DNA of 64,000 nucleotides, taken from Candidatus Methanosuratincola verstraetei (GTDB lineage Archaea; Thermoproteota; Methanomethylicia; Methanomethylicales; Methanomethylicaceae). The stretch spans positions 384,001 through 448,000 of the forward strand of contig CP186953.1 of assembly GCA_049570475.1 (NCBI GenBank), written 5' to 3'. Of the stretch, positions 8,701-18,045 are shown piece by piece. Position 1 is the stretch's first letter. Every line of letters starts with the position of its first letter. The translations under genes were made by a program, and so were the position numbers. Under the pieces are notes generated by a model that saw only the letters and a list, made by a program, of their open reading frames with translations, made no database searches and was not told the origin of the DNA.

Positions 8701-9250
8701 GCACCCTCCTCCGCCCCAGCAATCCGAACAAGATTATCACCAAGCCAAGAAGGATGATCATGACAGGCCAAAGATCCGTGTTGACCGAGTAAAACCCAGA
8801 CAGCCCGATCAGTGATATTATGGCCCCGCCGATCACCATGCCTACGAATGGGAATGGGCTCCTGCTCCTGATGGAATGGTAAAGACCCAAGAGCGCCAAA
8901 AGGATCCCGATCCCAGACATAAAACCGGGCCACCACTTTGACCAAGCTATCTGACCGGTGGTGGCCAGATAAAAAGTAACCCCCAGCCAGATCAAGGCGC
9001 CCCCGCCAAAAAGAGCGCCAGAAATGCTCCCTTCCCTCTCCTTCTCCTCCTGCTTCTCTCCTTCCTTTTCGCTTTTCTCCTCCTTCTCGCGCTTCTCGAC
9101 TTTCTCCTCCTTTTGGCGGCGGGTTGGTTTGGGTGGGACTGACTGAGCGGGGAAGACAGGGCTGCCGCATTTAGGGCAGAATGCGCCATCTTGGGGGATT
9201 TCAGCACCGCAGTGCGTGCAGAACTTTGACGAAGATGAAGACAAAAACAA
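8690..9250 (-). CDS. Zinc-ribbon membrane protein with EK-rich linker and about 4 TM helices
   Basis: CTHCG...FCPKCG, EKxEK-rich tract, hydrophobic C-terminal half. Confidence 0.75.
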   Translation of the reverse strand: MFLSSSSSKFCTHCGAEIPQDGAFCPKCGSPVFPAQSVPPKPTRRQKEEKVEKREKEEKSEKEGEKQEEKEREGSISGALFGGGALIWLGVTFYLATTGQIAWSKWWPGFMSGIGILLALLGLYHSIRSRSPFPFVGMVIGGAIISLIGLSGFYSVNTDLWPVMIILLGLVIILFGLLGRRRVPKP

Positions 9251-9376
9251 CAGCTCCAGAAAAGCAAGTTACTCTATACGTGATTGCATTTATTGTCAGA
9301 TAAATTTTCCTATTTTTAAATTTCGTTTATCAGATTTATTAGTAGGGCGGATTAGATATTTCAAGGGGTTCAAAAG

Positions 9377-9853
9377 ATGGGGGCGTCCAGGGGCAACAGG
9401 GACTTCTTGGGATTGGTAAGCTTCGGCACGTTTCTAGTTGCGGTTGGATCATTGTTCGCATTCATCCCGAATCTGGTTGACAGGTTGAGAGAATTCATAA
9501 CAGATTTTGAACTGCTCGAGATCTCGCAAGGAATTTACCTTCCTGTAGTTAGAGGCCCGCATCCCGAAGTGTATAGCTTCCTGCTTTGGCTTGGAATTGC
9601 GATGGCGGTCACCAACGCAATAATTTTGGTTGCGCGGTTCACAATTCGTGACTCTGTAAGGAGGAGGGCGGACACATTATCAGGGATCATATTCTGGACT
9701 GGTATAGCGATCCTGGCAGACCAGCTATCAAGGCAAAATCTGGAGTTCCAGGCGGTCTATAGTTACCTCATAATAATTGCCGGCATCAGCATCCTGTCCA
9801 GCGGTATTGGCCTTCTGTTGGCCAAACGGGCATCAAGATCGCATTCAGGATAA
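9377..9853 (+). CDS. Hypothetical membrane protein
   Basis: 158 aa ORF with about 4 hydrophobic segments filling the gap between neighbouring genes. Confidence 0.7.
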   Translation: MGASRGNRDFLGLVSFGTFLVAVGSLFAFIPNLVDRLREFITDFELLEISQGIYLPVVRGPHPEVYSFLLWLGIAMAVTNAIILVARFTIRDSVRRRADTLSGIIFWTGIAILADQLSRQNLEFQAVYSYLIIIAGISILSSGIGLLLAKRASRSHSG

Positions 9854-9860
9854 TATCTCA

Positions 9861-10721
9861 TTATTTCTGAACGAGGTAAGCCAATTCCCTCAACTTCTTT
9901 ATGTTCCCCCTGTCATCGCGCCTTTGGTCCACCGGAGTTTCCATTATTAGCGGTAGGTCCCATATCCTCTTGTCCGAGAGTATATTGACGAAACCAGACT
10001 CCCCGATCTTACCAAGGCCTATGTGCTCGTGCCGGTCCAAGTGGGACCCTAGGTCGCCAACGGAATCGTTCATATGGATGACCTTGAGCTTTTCTAAGCC
10101 GATGGCGCTCTCGAGCGCGTCCAGCACAGAGCTGAAGTTGAGCCGCACATCGTAACCTGCCGCAAAGGCGTGGCAGGTATCCAGGCAAACCCCCACTTTG
10201 TCAGGCGAGCTCGTCTTTTCGATGATTGCGCAGATGTCCTCGAACCTGTTTCCAAGGCTGTTCTTCTGCCCTGCGGTGTTCTCGAGGAGGATCATGCACC
10301 TGCAACCCTTCCTGAAGACGGCATCCAGGGCTTCGGCTACCCTCTTTCGACCACTTTCTTCCCCGCTGGACATGTGGCTCCCGAGATGCGTCACTAAATA
10401 AGGTATCTCGAGCCTGTCGCAGCGATCGACCTCTGCCTCAAGTGTCCTCAGCGATTTTTCATAGATCTCCCTTGATGGGGATGCCAAATTTGGGAGGTAT
10501 GGCATATGGGCAACGACTGGCGAGAGTTTTGAAGCCTTTAGTTTATTTACGAAAGAGATCCTGACCTCTTCAGGTATGTCCGAGAATGCCCACCCCCTTG
10601 GGTTCCTGGTGAAGATCTGGAAGGTGTCACATCCGGCATCAGCCGCCCGGTCGACAGAGAGCGCTATTGACCCGGCAATCGAGACGTGCACGCCGACGCG
10701 AATCTCAACCATGATTCCCAC
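9861..10721 (-). CDS. nfo: Endonuclease IV (AP endonuclease)
   Basis: GVHVSIAG, QIFTRNPR, HMPYLPN, LLENTAG, CLDTCHAF, HMNDS, DRHEHIG, METP. Confidence 0.95.
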   Translation of the reverse strand: MGIMVEIRVGVHVSIAGSIALSVDRAADAGCDTFQIFTRNPRGWAFSDIPEEVRISFVNKLKASKLSPVVAHMPYLPNLASPSREIYEKSLRTLEAEVDRCDRLEIPYLVTHLGSHMSSGEESGRKRVAEALDAVFRKGCRCMILLENTAGQKNSLGNRFEDICAIIEKTSSPDKVGVCLDTCHAFAAGYDVRLNFSSVLDALESAIGLEKLKVIHMNDSVGDLGSHLDRHEHIGLGKIGESGFVNILSDKRIWDLPLIMETPVDQRRDDRGNIKKLRELAYLVQK

Positions 10722-10729
10722 AACTCGGA

Positions 10730-11398
10730 CTATTTCTGATCATCCCGGCTTTTTGGATCAGTGGCGGGAGGCTCCCTTTGAGCGAGCCCTCCTGTGCCCC
10801 CCTGTGGACTCTTGCCCCCTTCGATCGGATTGCCCTTGAGGATCATCTGACCTAGGCAGTACATGATCCATCCCAGAAGGTATTCTTGGAAATCGTCCGG
10901 GCTGATCCTCTTCAACAATTCGGTGATGGAGGAAAGACCCTTGCTTACAACCGCCCTGACTTCCTGGAAGAGGGGCTCGTTAATGATGAGCATCTCCCCA
11001 ATGCTTGAGAAGATCCTTTTCATTGAGGCGACATCTGATTCCGAAAAGGAGTCCCCGAATGACACGACTGCCAGGCACCGGTCGACATCCCCGTCCAGTA
11101 CCAAGTCGCATCTGCAGACCTTTGAAAGGGGGTAGAGGTCACGCAGCATCGAGAGATCAAAATTTGGAGTTGTTGAAATTACAATCTTTCTCCTAAGAAG
11201 GTGCCAGATCTCATCAGCTATAACCCTGCCCATTCGCTGGTCTGCACAAACAATCGCCACATCACAAATCTTTGCCATTTCATGCAGATTTTCAGGAAGG
11301 TGATCAGGGTTGCAAGAAATAAGCGGATATCCGCCGTAAGGAAGTTTCCTGAAAGGCATTCCAGAATCGTTGCCGCCTATCAAAAGAATCTGTTCCAT
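10730..11398 (-). CDS. Degenerate pyrroline-5-carboxylate reductase-like protein
   Basis: Rossmann-like start ILLIGG, DVAIVC, KIVIS, KVCR and IFSSIGE segments follow the ProC layout, but MPN and GSGPA are lost. Confidence 0.45.
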   Translation of the reverse strand: MEQILLIGGNDSGMPFRKLPYGGYPLISCNPDHLPENLHEMAKICDVAIVCADQRMGRVIADEIWHLLRRKIVISTTPNFDLSMLRDLYPLSKVCRCDLVLDGDVDRCLAVVSFGDSFSESDVASMKRIFSSIGEMLIINEPLFQEVRAVVSKGLSSITELLKRISPDDFQEYLLGWIMYCLGQMILKGNPIEGGKSPQGGTGGLAQREPPATDPKSRDDQK

Positions 11399-11525
11399 TA
11401 ACTACTCCTCATTTCTCAATCAGCACCAGTCTTTTTATCAGTTTTCACGAAGTGTCGGAGATTTGAGCCGACCTAATTCGATTAAATATTTCCTCGAGCA
11501 GTAAAGGAACAGGGGCTTTAACCGG

Positions 11526-13334
11526 ATGTCGTCAGAGCATGAAAGGATAGTCGGATCGGTCAGGAGCTCCACGCAGAAGCTCGTCGGCAAGTTCAGCGAG
11601 AAGATCGAGTCGATGAGGCGCTCCTCGGCTGCGATCAGAAGCCTGATAAGAGAAGGATACAGCGCAGATAAGGCAATCTTTGCTGCAAGATCGCTTTTCG
11701 GAAAAGAGGAAGCGAAGTTCGTAGCAGTAGATGGAACGATGGCGCAAGACAGGCAGCTTGACATGATCATATTCTACGCTGGGGCCTATGCCTACCAAGG
11801 GAAAATCATTTTTGATGAGTCCGGATGCAGGATGGCCGAACTCAATGAAGAGACGTCTTCCGCGAGCGTCTCCTCCGCGATACCGATATACGAGGAGGAA
11901 GAGTCGTCGGTGGCTGGGAAGATGACCGAGGCAGGGGCTGAAATAGACCCGATGCGCCTCCCAAGCTCGCTGATGCGCCTGTCAGAGTACTACCTTGCAA
12001 TGAAGGCGCTCGAAGTCGACCCAGGAGTGAAGGTCGTGCTGCTCGACAGGACCCTTGCAGGCGAGTTCGGGCACCTAGTGTGGAGCGCACGGGAATGGCT
12101 CGAGACCGGGCACTCAGCCATGGAAGGGATGGACACACCGTTTGGAACCGTTTCTCAGTCTGATCTGGATCTGGCTAGGATGCTGAACCCCAACAAGGGG
12201 CTATTGCTGCCCCCGCCTAGGAGCCAATTCATAAGGTACGCGATTGTCGAGCACCTGATCAGTGCTGGAAAGGAAGTCTCCGAGGAAGAGCTGATCAGAG
12301 CCTTGTCGAAAGGAGGCGGAAAGGCAGAGAGGATAAGAAGGGAACTGCAGAGATTACGCGATGAATACGGATTGTTGGAGCCTGGAGAAGGCTGCAGGCT
12401 CAAGCCACATGTTTGGGCTTACTGGGAAAGGGTATCCTTTGCTGCAAAGAAAGTGGCAGAACACATCTTTGAGACCCCTCCAGGGGAGCACCCGCTGATA
12501 ATGAAGGGAGGCGGCGGAGAGCGCTGGATTTGTTCAGACGACCTCGATCTTGTCAGCCTCTTCATTCTCCAAAGACTCCTCAGGATGGCATGGGATAATG
12601 GCGTACTCCTGGTGGGGCTGATAAAAGACACGATGGCTTATGAACTTGCCCATTCAGTTTCAAAGGTGCTATCCGCGACCGGAAGAATTGGATTAGCGGG
12701 CAATGTGCCCGACTTCAACAGCGACAAGGCGCTTCTCCAGAATTACAGCGTGGTGGAGGCTATGGGGCTCAACACCCCATGGAGAACGATCGAGTATGAT
12801 TCTTGCTTCAGGACAGCCATACCTCTGTGCGACGCGCCGGCTCCAGGCCATGGGGTGAAGGTCAAGGGTGCACACAAGAATGTGATATCCAATGAGAGGA
12901 CCTTCGTCAAGGCATATGTCCAGCTCTGGCGCAGCAACAATGATCCGGCCATCAGAAGCCATGTCTTTGCATATGACAGACCCTGCTACCCAGGCCTCGA
13001 CAACCTCAGGGGACTTGTCCTCTTGCACGAGGACGGGGAGGGCGTGGAGATGATTGAGCCAGTTTTGGAGTGCGAAGAGGGTAGCCCAGTAGCGGACTTG
13101 GTCATTGCAATACTCTCTTCGATGGCAGGCGAAGTCATACCAGAAGCGCTGGGGCACAACTTCCCCCTCTTTCTGGCGGACAAGAAGGCCAAGCTCGTCC
13201 TGGAAGGGGCCAGACAGACATACCTTGCGACAGTTGCGTATGAACTCGCCAAGAGCAGGCTAGATCAGCAAATCTTATTCAACACAAAGTTCAGAGACTT
13301 CAGATCTGAAATAGAGGCGATTAGGAGGGGTTGA
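11526..13334 (+). CDS. nurA: NurA-family nuclease, large form
   Basis: FVAVDGT, MRLSEYYLA, VLLDRTL, LVGLIKD, GHNFPLFLADKKAK; adjacent to herA. Confidence 0.8.
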   Translation: MSSEHERIVGSVRSSTQKLVGKFSEKIESMRRSSAAIRSLIREGYSADKAIFAARSLFGKEEAKFVAVDGTMAQDRQLDMIIFYAGAYAYQGKIIFDESGCRMAELNEETSSASVSSAIPIYEEEESSVAGKMTEAGAEIDPMRLPSSLMRLSEYYLAMKALEVDPGVKVVLLDRTLAGEFGHLVWSAREWLETGHSAMEGMDTPFGTVSQSDLDLARMLNPNKGLLLPPPRSQFIRYAIVEHLISAGKEVSEEELIRALSKGGGKAERIRRELQRLRDEYGLLEPGEGCRLKPHVWAYWERVSFAAKKVAEHIFETPPGEHPLIMKGGGGERWICSDDLDLVSLFILQRLLRMAWDNGVLLVGLIKDTMAYELAHSVSKVLSATGRIGLAGNVPDFNSDKALLQNYSVVEAMGLNTPWRTIEYDSCFRTAIPLCDAPAPGHGVKVKGAHKNVISNERTFVKAYVQLWRSNNDPAIRSHVFAYDRPCYPGLDNLRGLVLLHEDGEGVEMIEPVLECEEGSPVADLVIAILSSMAGEVIPEALGHNFPLFLADKKAKLVLEGARQTYLATVAYELAKSRLDQQILFNTKFRDFRSEIEAIRRG

Positions 13335-13338
13335 TCAG

Positions 13339-15147
13339 TTGGATTTCTTCGACGACTTGGGCGGCGAATTCGTGGCTAGGCTCCGAGAGATACATTCCGC
13401 CACAAGGACGACCTCGGACGGGAAGGCGACAATAACCTTCCGGACTGCAAGGATAGAGGCCGAATATGATCCGGATGTAATGAGGAAGGTGGAGGCGGGC
13501 AGGCTGATCGCAATACCTAACATAATGGGCGTCGGCACAAACGACTCATTCTCGATCTACGAGATTGCAGACCTTTACCCGATGCACTACAGCATGCTCA
13601 CGCTCGACAAGAGCCAGCCGAGCATGATAAGGAAGGAGTTCATGAGCCTCATAGACGCGGAGTGGCAGAAAGGATCCAAGAGCACATGGATCGAGATAGT
13701 CGCAGCCCCAACGGGCTATGTCATGAAGATTGAAGGCGGGTTGCCGGCTTTCCTGAGGAAGAATATTGCCCCCCTCCCCGGGGCAAAGGTTTCGCTGCTC
13801 AGCAGGGAGCTGATCAAGAAATTCATTTGTTATGCGCCGAAGGGCAACAGGGATTGCGACTACACCGTAGGTAAGCTCTTGGGGGTGGCCGATGAGGATA
13901 TACCGTTCACTGTCAACCTCGAAAAGCTCCTCCATTACCACGTGGGCGTCTTCGCATTCACAGGTTCTGGGAAGAGCAACCTGACCTCACTGGTGGTTAG
14001 GAAGGCGGTGAAGGCTTGCCCGGACATGAAAGTGGTCATTTTCGACGTCTCTTCAGAGTATGGGATAAGCATACTCGACCTCCTCTGCGATGCACCAAGC
14101 AGGATCCTTTTCACCGAGGAGATCTCTGAAACAGACACAATTGAGGCGGCGGAGGAGTATTACAGGAGGCATGTGATCCCAGAGTCGCTATCGGAGAGGA
14201 GGGAAGAGCTGATCGTCCGCATCAGGGACCTATTCGAGGGCAAGAAGGTGCTCAAGCTGTCACTGCCCTCAAGGGAAGCTTTGAAGATGAATGCCTACAG
14301 GAGCTACGGCGGGCTGCTCGAGATCCTCTCCGGATTGCTTGAGGAGAAGTACGGCGCCTCGGCACAGAAGGTGATTGTCCCGGAAGTGATGGCCAAGATA
14401 AAAGGATTTCTTGAAAGGAACGGTATCGACGAGGAGACACGTATAGGGGCCGAAGCCGAGCCGCTGCTGTGCGAGATAGACCAGCTGATCGGGAAGGCAA
14501 AGCTAAGGGACGATGCCGCAATAAAAACAGTATTCCACAACCTTAGGGTCGTTATCGGCGAACGTGAAGGGGAGGCGGAAGGAGGCTATACGGTTCGCGA
14601 CCTGACTGCTGAGATAATGGACACATGCCAAGGGGCCCCGAGGGTGTTCGTGATCAACCTTCCCGAGGTGGAGGCTGCCCGGAGCCTCTGCGCTGAACTG
14701 ATAAGCGAGGTCTTCAGGGCAAAGAAGAGGAGCTTTTCGCTGGATCCGAGAGTGGTCTTTGTTTTCGACGAGGCACAAGAATTCATACCGTATGAGAAGA
14801 AGAAAGAGGACGGGACTGAATACTCGAGCCTGGCGGTCGAGCGGCTGCTCAGGCATGGACGCAAGTACCACCTACATGGCTGGATAAGTACCCAGAGGAT
14901 AGCCCACCTCAACACAAATGTACTGCAGCAGCTGCACAGTTACTTCGTTAGCACTATGCCAAGACCGTACGACAGGCAGCTGATTTCAGATACATTTGCG
15001 ATAGACGACGCATTCATGGAAAGGACCCTCCTCTTCCAGAATGGGGACTGGCTGATGACGAGCTTCAAAGCAACCAATACTCAGAATGTCCCGGTCTTCT
15101 TCCACGCATTTAACAACGAGGATTTTATCTTGTCTGAGGGGCGATGA
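13339..15147 (+). CDS. herA: HerA/DUF87-family ATPase
   Basis: HVGVFAFTGSGKS (Walker A), VVIFD, VFVFDEAQ (Walker B), RHGRKY, STQR. Confidence 0.85.
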   Translation: MDFFDDLGGEFVARLREIHSATRTTSDGKATITFRTARIEAEYDPDVMRKVEAGRLIAIPNIMGVGTNDSFSIYEIADLYPMHYSMLTLDKSQPSMIRKEFMSLIDAEWQKGSKSTWIEIVAAPTGYVMKIEGGLPAFLRKNIAPLPGAKVSLLSRELIKKFICYAPKGNRDCDYTVGKLLGVADEDIPFTVNLEKLLHYHVGVFAFTGSGKSNLTSLVVRKAVKACPDMKVVIFDVSSEYGISILDLLCDAPSRILFTEEISETDTIEAAEEYYRRHVIPESLSERREELIVRIRDLFEGKKVLKLSLPSREALKMNAYRSYGGLLEILSGLLEEKYGASAQKVIVPEVMAKIKGFLERNGIDEETRIGAEAEPLLCEIDQLIGKAKLRDDAAIKTVFHNLRVVIGEREGEAEGGYTVRDLTAEIMDTCQGAPRVFVINLPEVEAARSLCAELISEVFRAKKRSFSLDPRVVFVFDEAQEFIPYEKKKEDGTEYSSLAVERLLRHGRKYHLHGWISTQRIAHLNTNVLQQLHSYFVSTMPRPYDRQLISDTFAIDDAFMERTLLFQNGDWLMTSFKATNTQNVPVFFHAFNNEDFILSEGR

Positions 15148-15233
15148 GGGGCTGATTGTTTGTTCGCGAATTTGCCATAATCCGATAACGCTTATCAGAT
15201 TAACCGCCCAAGTGATTAGTGTTGCAGGTGTGC

Positions 15234-16016
15234 ATGATGTCCTTCAGCGATTTGAGGAGCATTGGGCTCAAAGATGTTGAGATCAGGATTTACGAGCACC
15301 TGGTCGAGAACGGTGAAGATCTCCTATCTGCCATACCTGAGAAGCTTGGTCTTAATGCAGAGGAGGCAAGGTCAGCGGTTGAAGAGCTCACTAGGATCGG
15401 GGCAATCGAGTCCAAGTCTGGGATGCTGACGCCGGTTGCCCCCAAGGCATTCTTGCAAAGATACATAAAGAAGCAAGAGGTAGAGTGCGACCTCAGGATC
15501 TCAGAGCTCCGTGCAACGGTTGGAAGGCTCCAGTCCGCCCTTGAGCCGATATATGCCGAGAAGAGGCTGGGCATGAGGATGGAAGAGCTGCTGCAGGCAA
15601 TTGACGGCCTTCCAGCAATGGAGCTTGAGACGGTCAAGATAATCTCCAGGGCAAACTCAGAGGTCTGCATTCTCGCAGAGGAGTTCAGCTGGTACTACAA
15701 GGTCAGGGAAGAGCTGCTTTCGGCTCTGGAGAGGAAGGTCGCTGTAAGGGTGATCCTCCTAGTCAAGGACGGCAAGGTTGCCCAGAGGGTCGACGACATG
15801 AAGCAACACGGGATTGAGGTCAGGTTTTCAGGCAGGGAGTGGAGAAACACCCGGTTCACAATTGCCGACTCGAAAGAACTGACATTCCTCATATGGGCAA
15901 GGAAGAGCGACAGCAGCAGGATCTACTACAGACCAGGGTACACCAAAAACCCAGGACTTGTGTCAGTGTTTCACGACTCATTTGACCTGCTGTGGGAGAG
16001 ATCGGATCGGCTGTAG
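15234..16016 (+). CDS. TrmB-family transcriptional regulator
   Basis: LRSIGLKDVEIRIYEHL wHTH plus PLD-like effector domain (RFTIADSKE...FDLLWE). Confidence 0.85.
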   Translation: MMSFSDLRSIGLKDVEIRIYEHLVENGEDLLSAIPEKLGLNAEEARSAVEELTRIGAIESKSGMLTPVAPKAFLQRYIKKQEVECDLRISELRATVGRLQSALEPIYAEKRLGMRMEELLQAIDGLPAMELETVKIISRANSEVCILAEEFSWYYKVREELLSALERKVAVRVILLVKDGKVAQRVDDMKQHGIEVRFSGREWRNTRFTIADSKELTFLIWARKSDSSRIYYRPGYTKNPGLVSVFHDSFDLLWERSDRL

Positions 16017-16031
16017 GTACTGCGCAGGTGT

Positions 16032-16976
16032 ATGCACACGATCGAAGCTGTGAGGGTCGCCTACGGATCGGCACTGGAACTGGGTCTGTTGAGGGGCAGG
16101 ACGGATGCCCGGGCAACGACGCTCTACCTTTTCGTTTCAAAGACGGGTTGCAGGGGATCTTGCGCCTTCTGCCCCCAGCCCTATGGCGGAATCAGTAAGA
16201 TCTCGAGGGTGGAATGGCCGAGATTCGCTCTGGAGGAGGTGGCTAGGGCATTGACCCAGGCGACCGGGCTGGAGAGGGTCTGCATACAGTGTTCCGACGA
16301 GCCAGGGATAGCATCCGAAGCCGAAGTGATCGTGAAGCGCCTGGCTCCAGCTGGGTTGCCCTTCTCGGTTTCAGCGCCACCCATTACTGTGGAGGAAATG
16401 GAAAGGCTCAGGGACGCAGGTGTGGAGATCCTGACTGTCCCGGTTGATTGCGCAGACAAGAAGAGGTTCAGATCTGTGAAAGGCAGGGACCTGGAGGGGA
16501 TAATGGGTTCACTGAGGGCAGCATTAAGGGTTTTCGGAAGAGGAAAGGTAGGGACGCACCTCATCGTCGGGCTCGGCGAGTCTGAAAGAGAAGCGGTAGA
16601 GATGATCGACGCTGTTTCAAGGATGGGAGTCACCCCATCTCTCTTTGCGTTTACTCCAATCAGAGGGACACGAATGGAGAATGCAGCCAGCCCCCCGATA
16701 GGCTCATACCGGAGGGTCCAGATCGCCCGGCACCTGATTGTCAACGCGGGCCTGAAAGCTTCAGACTTTAAATTTGGCCCGGATGGAAGGATCACAGGGT
16801 TCGGGTGCTCGGAGGAAGTTCTTGAGAGAACATTCGATTTGGGGCATCCGTTCATGGTGTGCGGCTGTCCCGGCTGCAACAGGCCCTACTTCAATGAAAG
16901 AGCTTCAGGGCCGTTCTACAACTATCCCTTCAAACCTGACCCAAAGAGGGTTGCCGAGGAGACGTGGTCCTATTGA
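16032..16976 (+). CDS. lipS2: Radical SAM lipoyl synthase subunit LipS2
   Basis: CRGSCAFC; C-terminal GCPGCNRP matches the LipS2 motif; next to lipoate ligase. Confidence 0.75.
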   Translation: MHTIEAVRVAYGSALELGLLRGRTDARATTLYLFVSKTGCRGSCAFCPQPYGGISKISRVEWPRFALEEVARALTQATGLERVCIQCSDEPGIASEAEVIVKRLAPAGLPFSVSAPPITVEEMERLRDAGVEILTVPVDCADKKRFRSVKGRDLEGIMGSLRAALRVFGRGKVGTHLIVGLGESEREAVEMIDAVSRMGVTPSLFAFTPIRGTRMENAASPPIGSYRRVQIARHLIVNAGLKASDFKFGPDGRITGFGCSEEVLERTFDLGHPFMVCGCPGCNRPYFNERASGPFYNYPFKPDPKRVAEETWSY

Positions 16977-17728
16977 AAAGGCTCAGGGTGATCGAATTCG
17001 AGTTTGGGGACGCCCCTTTCAACATGGCACTTGACGAGGCGATAATGAGGTCGGTAGGGTCGGGTAAGAGCCCTCCAACGCTCAGGCTCTACGGATGGGA
17101 TCCGCCGGCTGTCTCAATTGGATACTTCCAAGAGATAAAGGAGGAGGTCAACCTCGAGTTCTGCCACGAGAAGGGAATCCAAGTGGTGAGGAGGCTCTCC
17201 GGTGGCGGGGCTGTGCTCCATACCCCGAAGGAGCTCACTTACAGCTTCGCAGTAGAGGCAAACGACCCCTCTGTCCCGCAGGACATTCAGGGAAGTTACC
17301 TCAAGATATGCGCTCCAATCATTTCAGCGCTGAGAGAGATAGGGGTGCCGGCATCGTTCCGACCAGTTAACGATATCGAGGTGAGGAAGAGGAAGATCTC
17401 CGGGAGCGCGCAGACAAGGAGGTTCGGCGCGATCCTCCAGCACGGTACGATACTACTAGGCATGGACTATTCACTACTCCCCGCCCTAAGGGTAAGGGCA
17501 GAGAAGCTCGCAGAAAAAGGGGCAAAAGACGTTGCAGGAAGGATAACGACTGTAGCCGAAATCCTAGGCAAAGAAGTCAGCCATGCAGAATTCTCCAAGA
17601 TCCTTGTGAGGAGCTTTGAGGATCACTTCGGCGCTGTTGCATACTCCTCTGACCTTTCAGAGGACGAGTGCATAGCCCCAACGCTGGAGGAGAGGTACAG
17701 GTCAATCGACTGGACCTTCAGGAGGTGA
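16964..17728 (+). CDS. lplA: Lipoate/octanoate-protein ligase, catalytic subunit
   Basis: NMALDEA, VVRRLSGGGAVLH, NDI...KISGSAQ, QHGTIL. Confidence 0.9.
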   Translation: MVLLKRLRVIEFEFGDAPFNMALDEAIMRSVGSGKSPPTLRLYGWDPPAVSIGYFQEIKEEVNLEFCHEKGIQVVRRLSGGGAVLHTPKELTYSFAVEANDPSVPQDIQGSYLKICAPIISALREIGVPASFRPVNDIEVRKRKISGSAQTRRFGAILQHGTILLGMDYSLLPALRVRAEKLAEKGAKDVAGRITTVAEILGKEVSHAEFSKILVRSFEDHFGAVAYSSDLSEDECIAPTLEERYRSIDWTFRR

Positions 17729-17732
17729 TGCT

Positions 17733-18002
17733 TTGGAAAGGGAGCTGGTGAGGAAGTTCAAGGACGGGAAGCTCGTCAAAGTCAAGATTGTCCTGGAGGG
17801 GGGATTGATCAAGGATGCAAAGATAACAGGGGACTTCTTTGCACATCCCGAAGAGGGGATAGAAATTATAGAGAAGGAGCTCATAGGTAAGGACTTGTGC
17901 AACGCGAGACAGGCAATCGAGAGCGCAATTGGGGGGATCACGCTCATAGGGTTGCGTCTAGAAGACCTTATCGCGATGGTGCAGGAGTGCCTAGACCGTT
18001 AA
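17733..18002 (+). CDS. lplB: Lipoate-protein ligase accessory (C-terminal) subunit
   Basis: GKLVKV...ITGDFFAHPEE motif. Confidence 0.85.
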   Translation: MERELVRKFKDGKLVKVKIVLEGGLIKDAKITGDFFAHPEEGIEIIEKELIGKDLCNARQAIESAIGGITLIGLRLEDLIAMVQECLDR

Positions 18003-18045
18003 AGTTGAGGAGAAACCTGTTTTACCGGATGGGATTGGTTCGATT

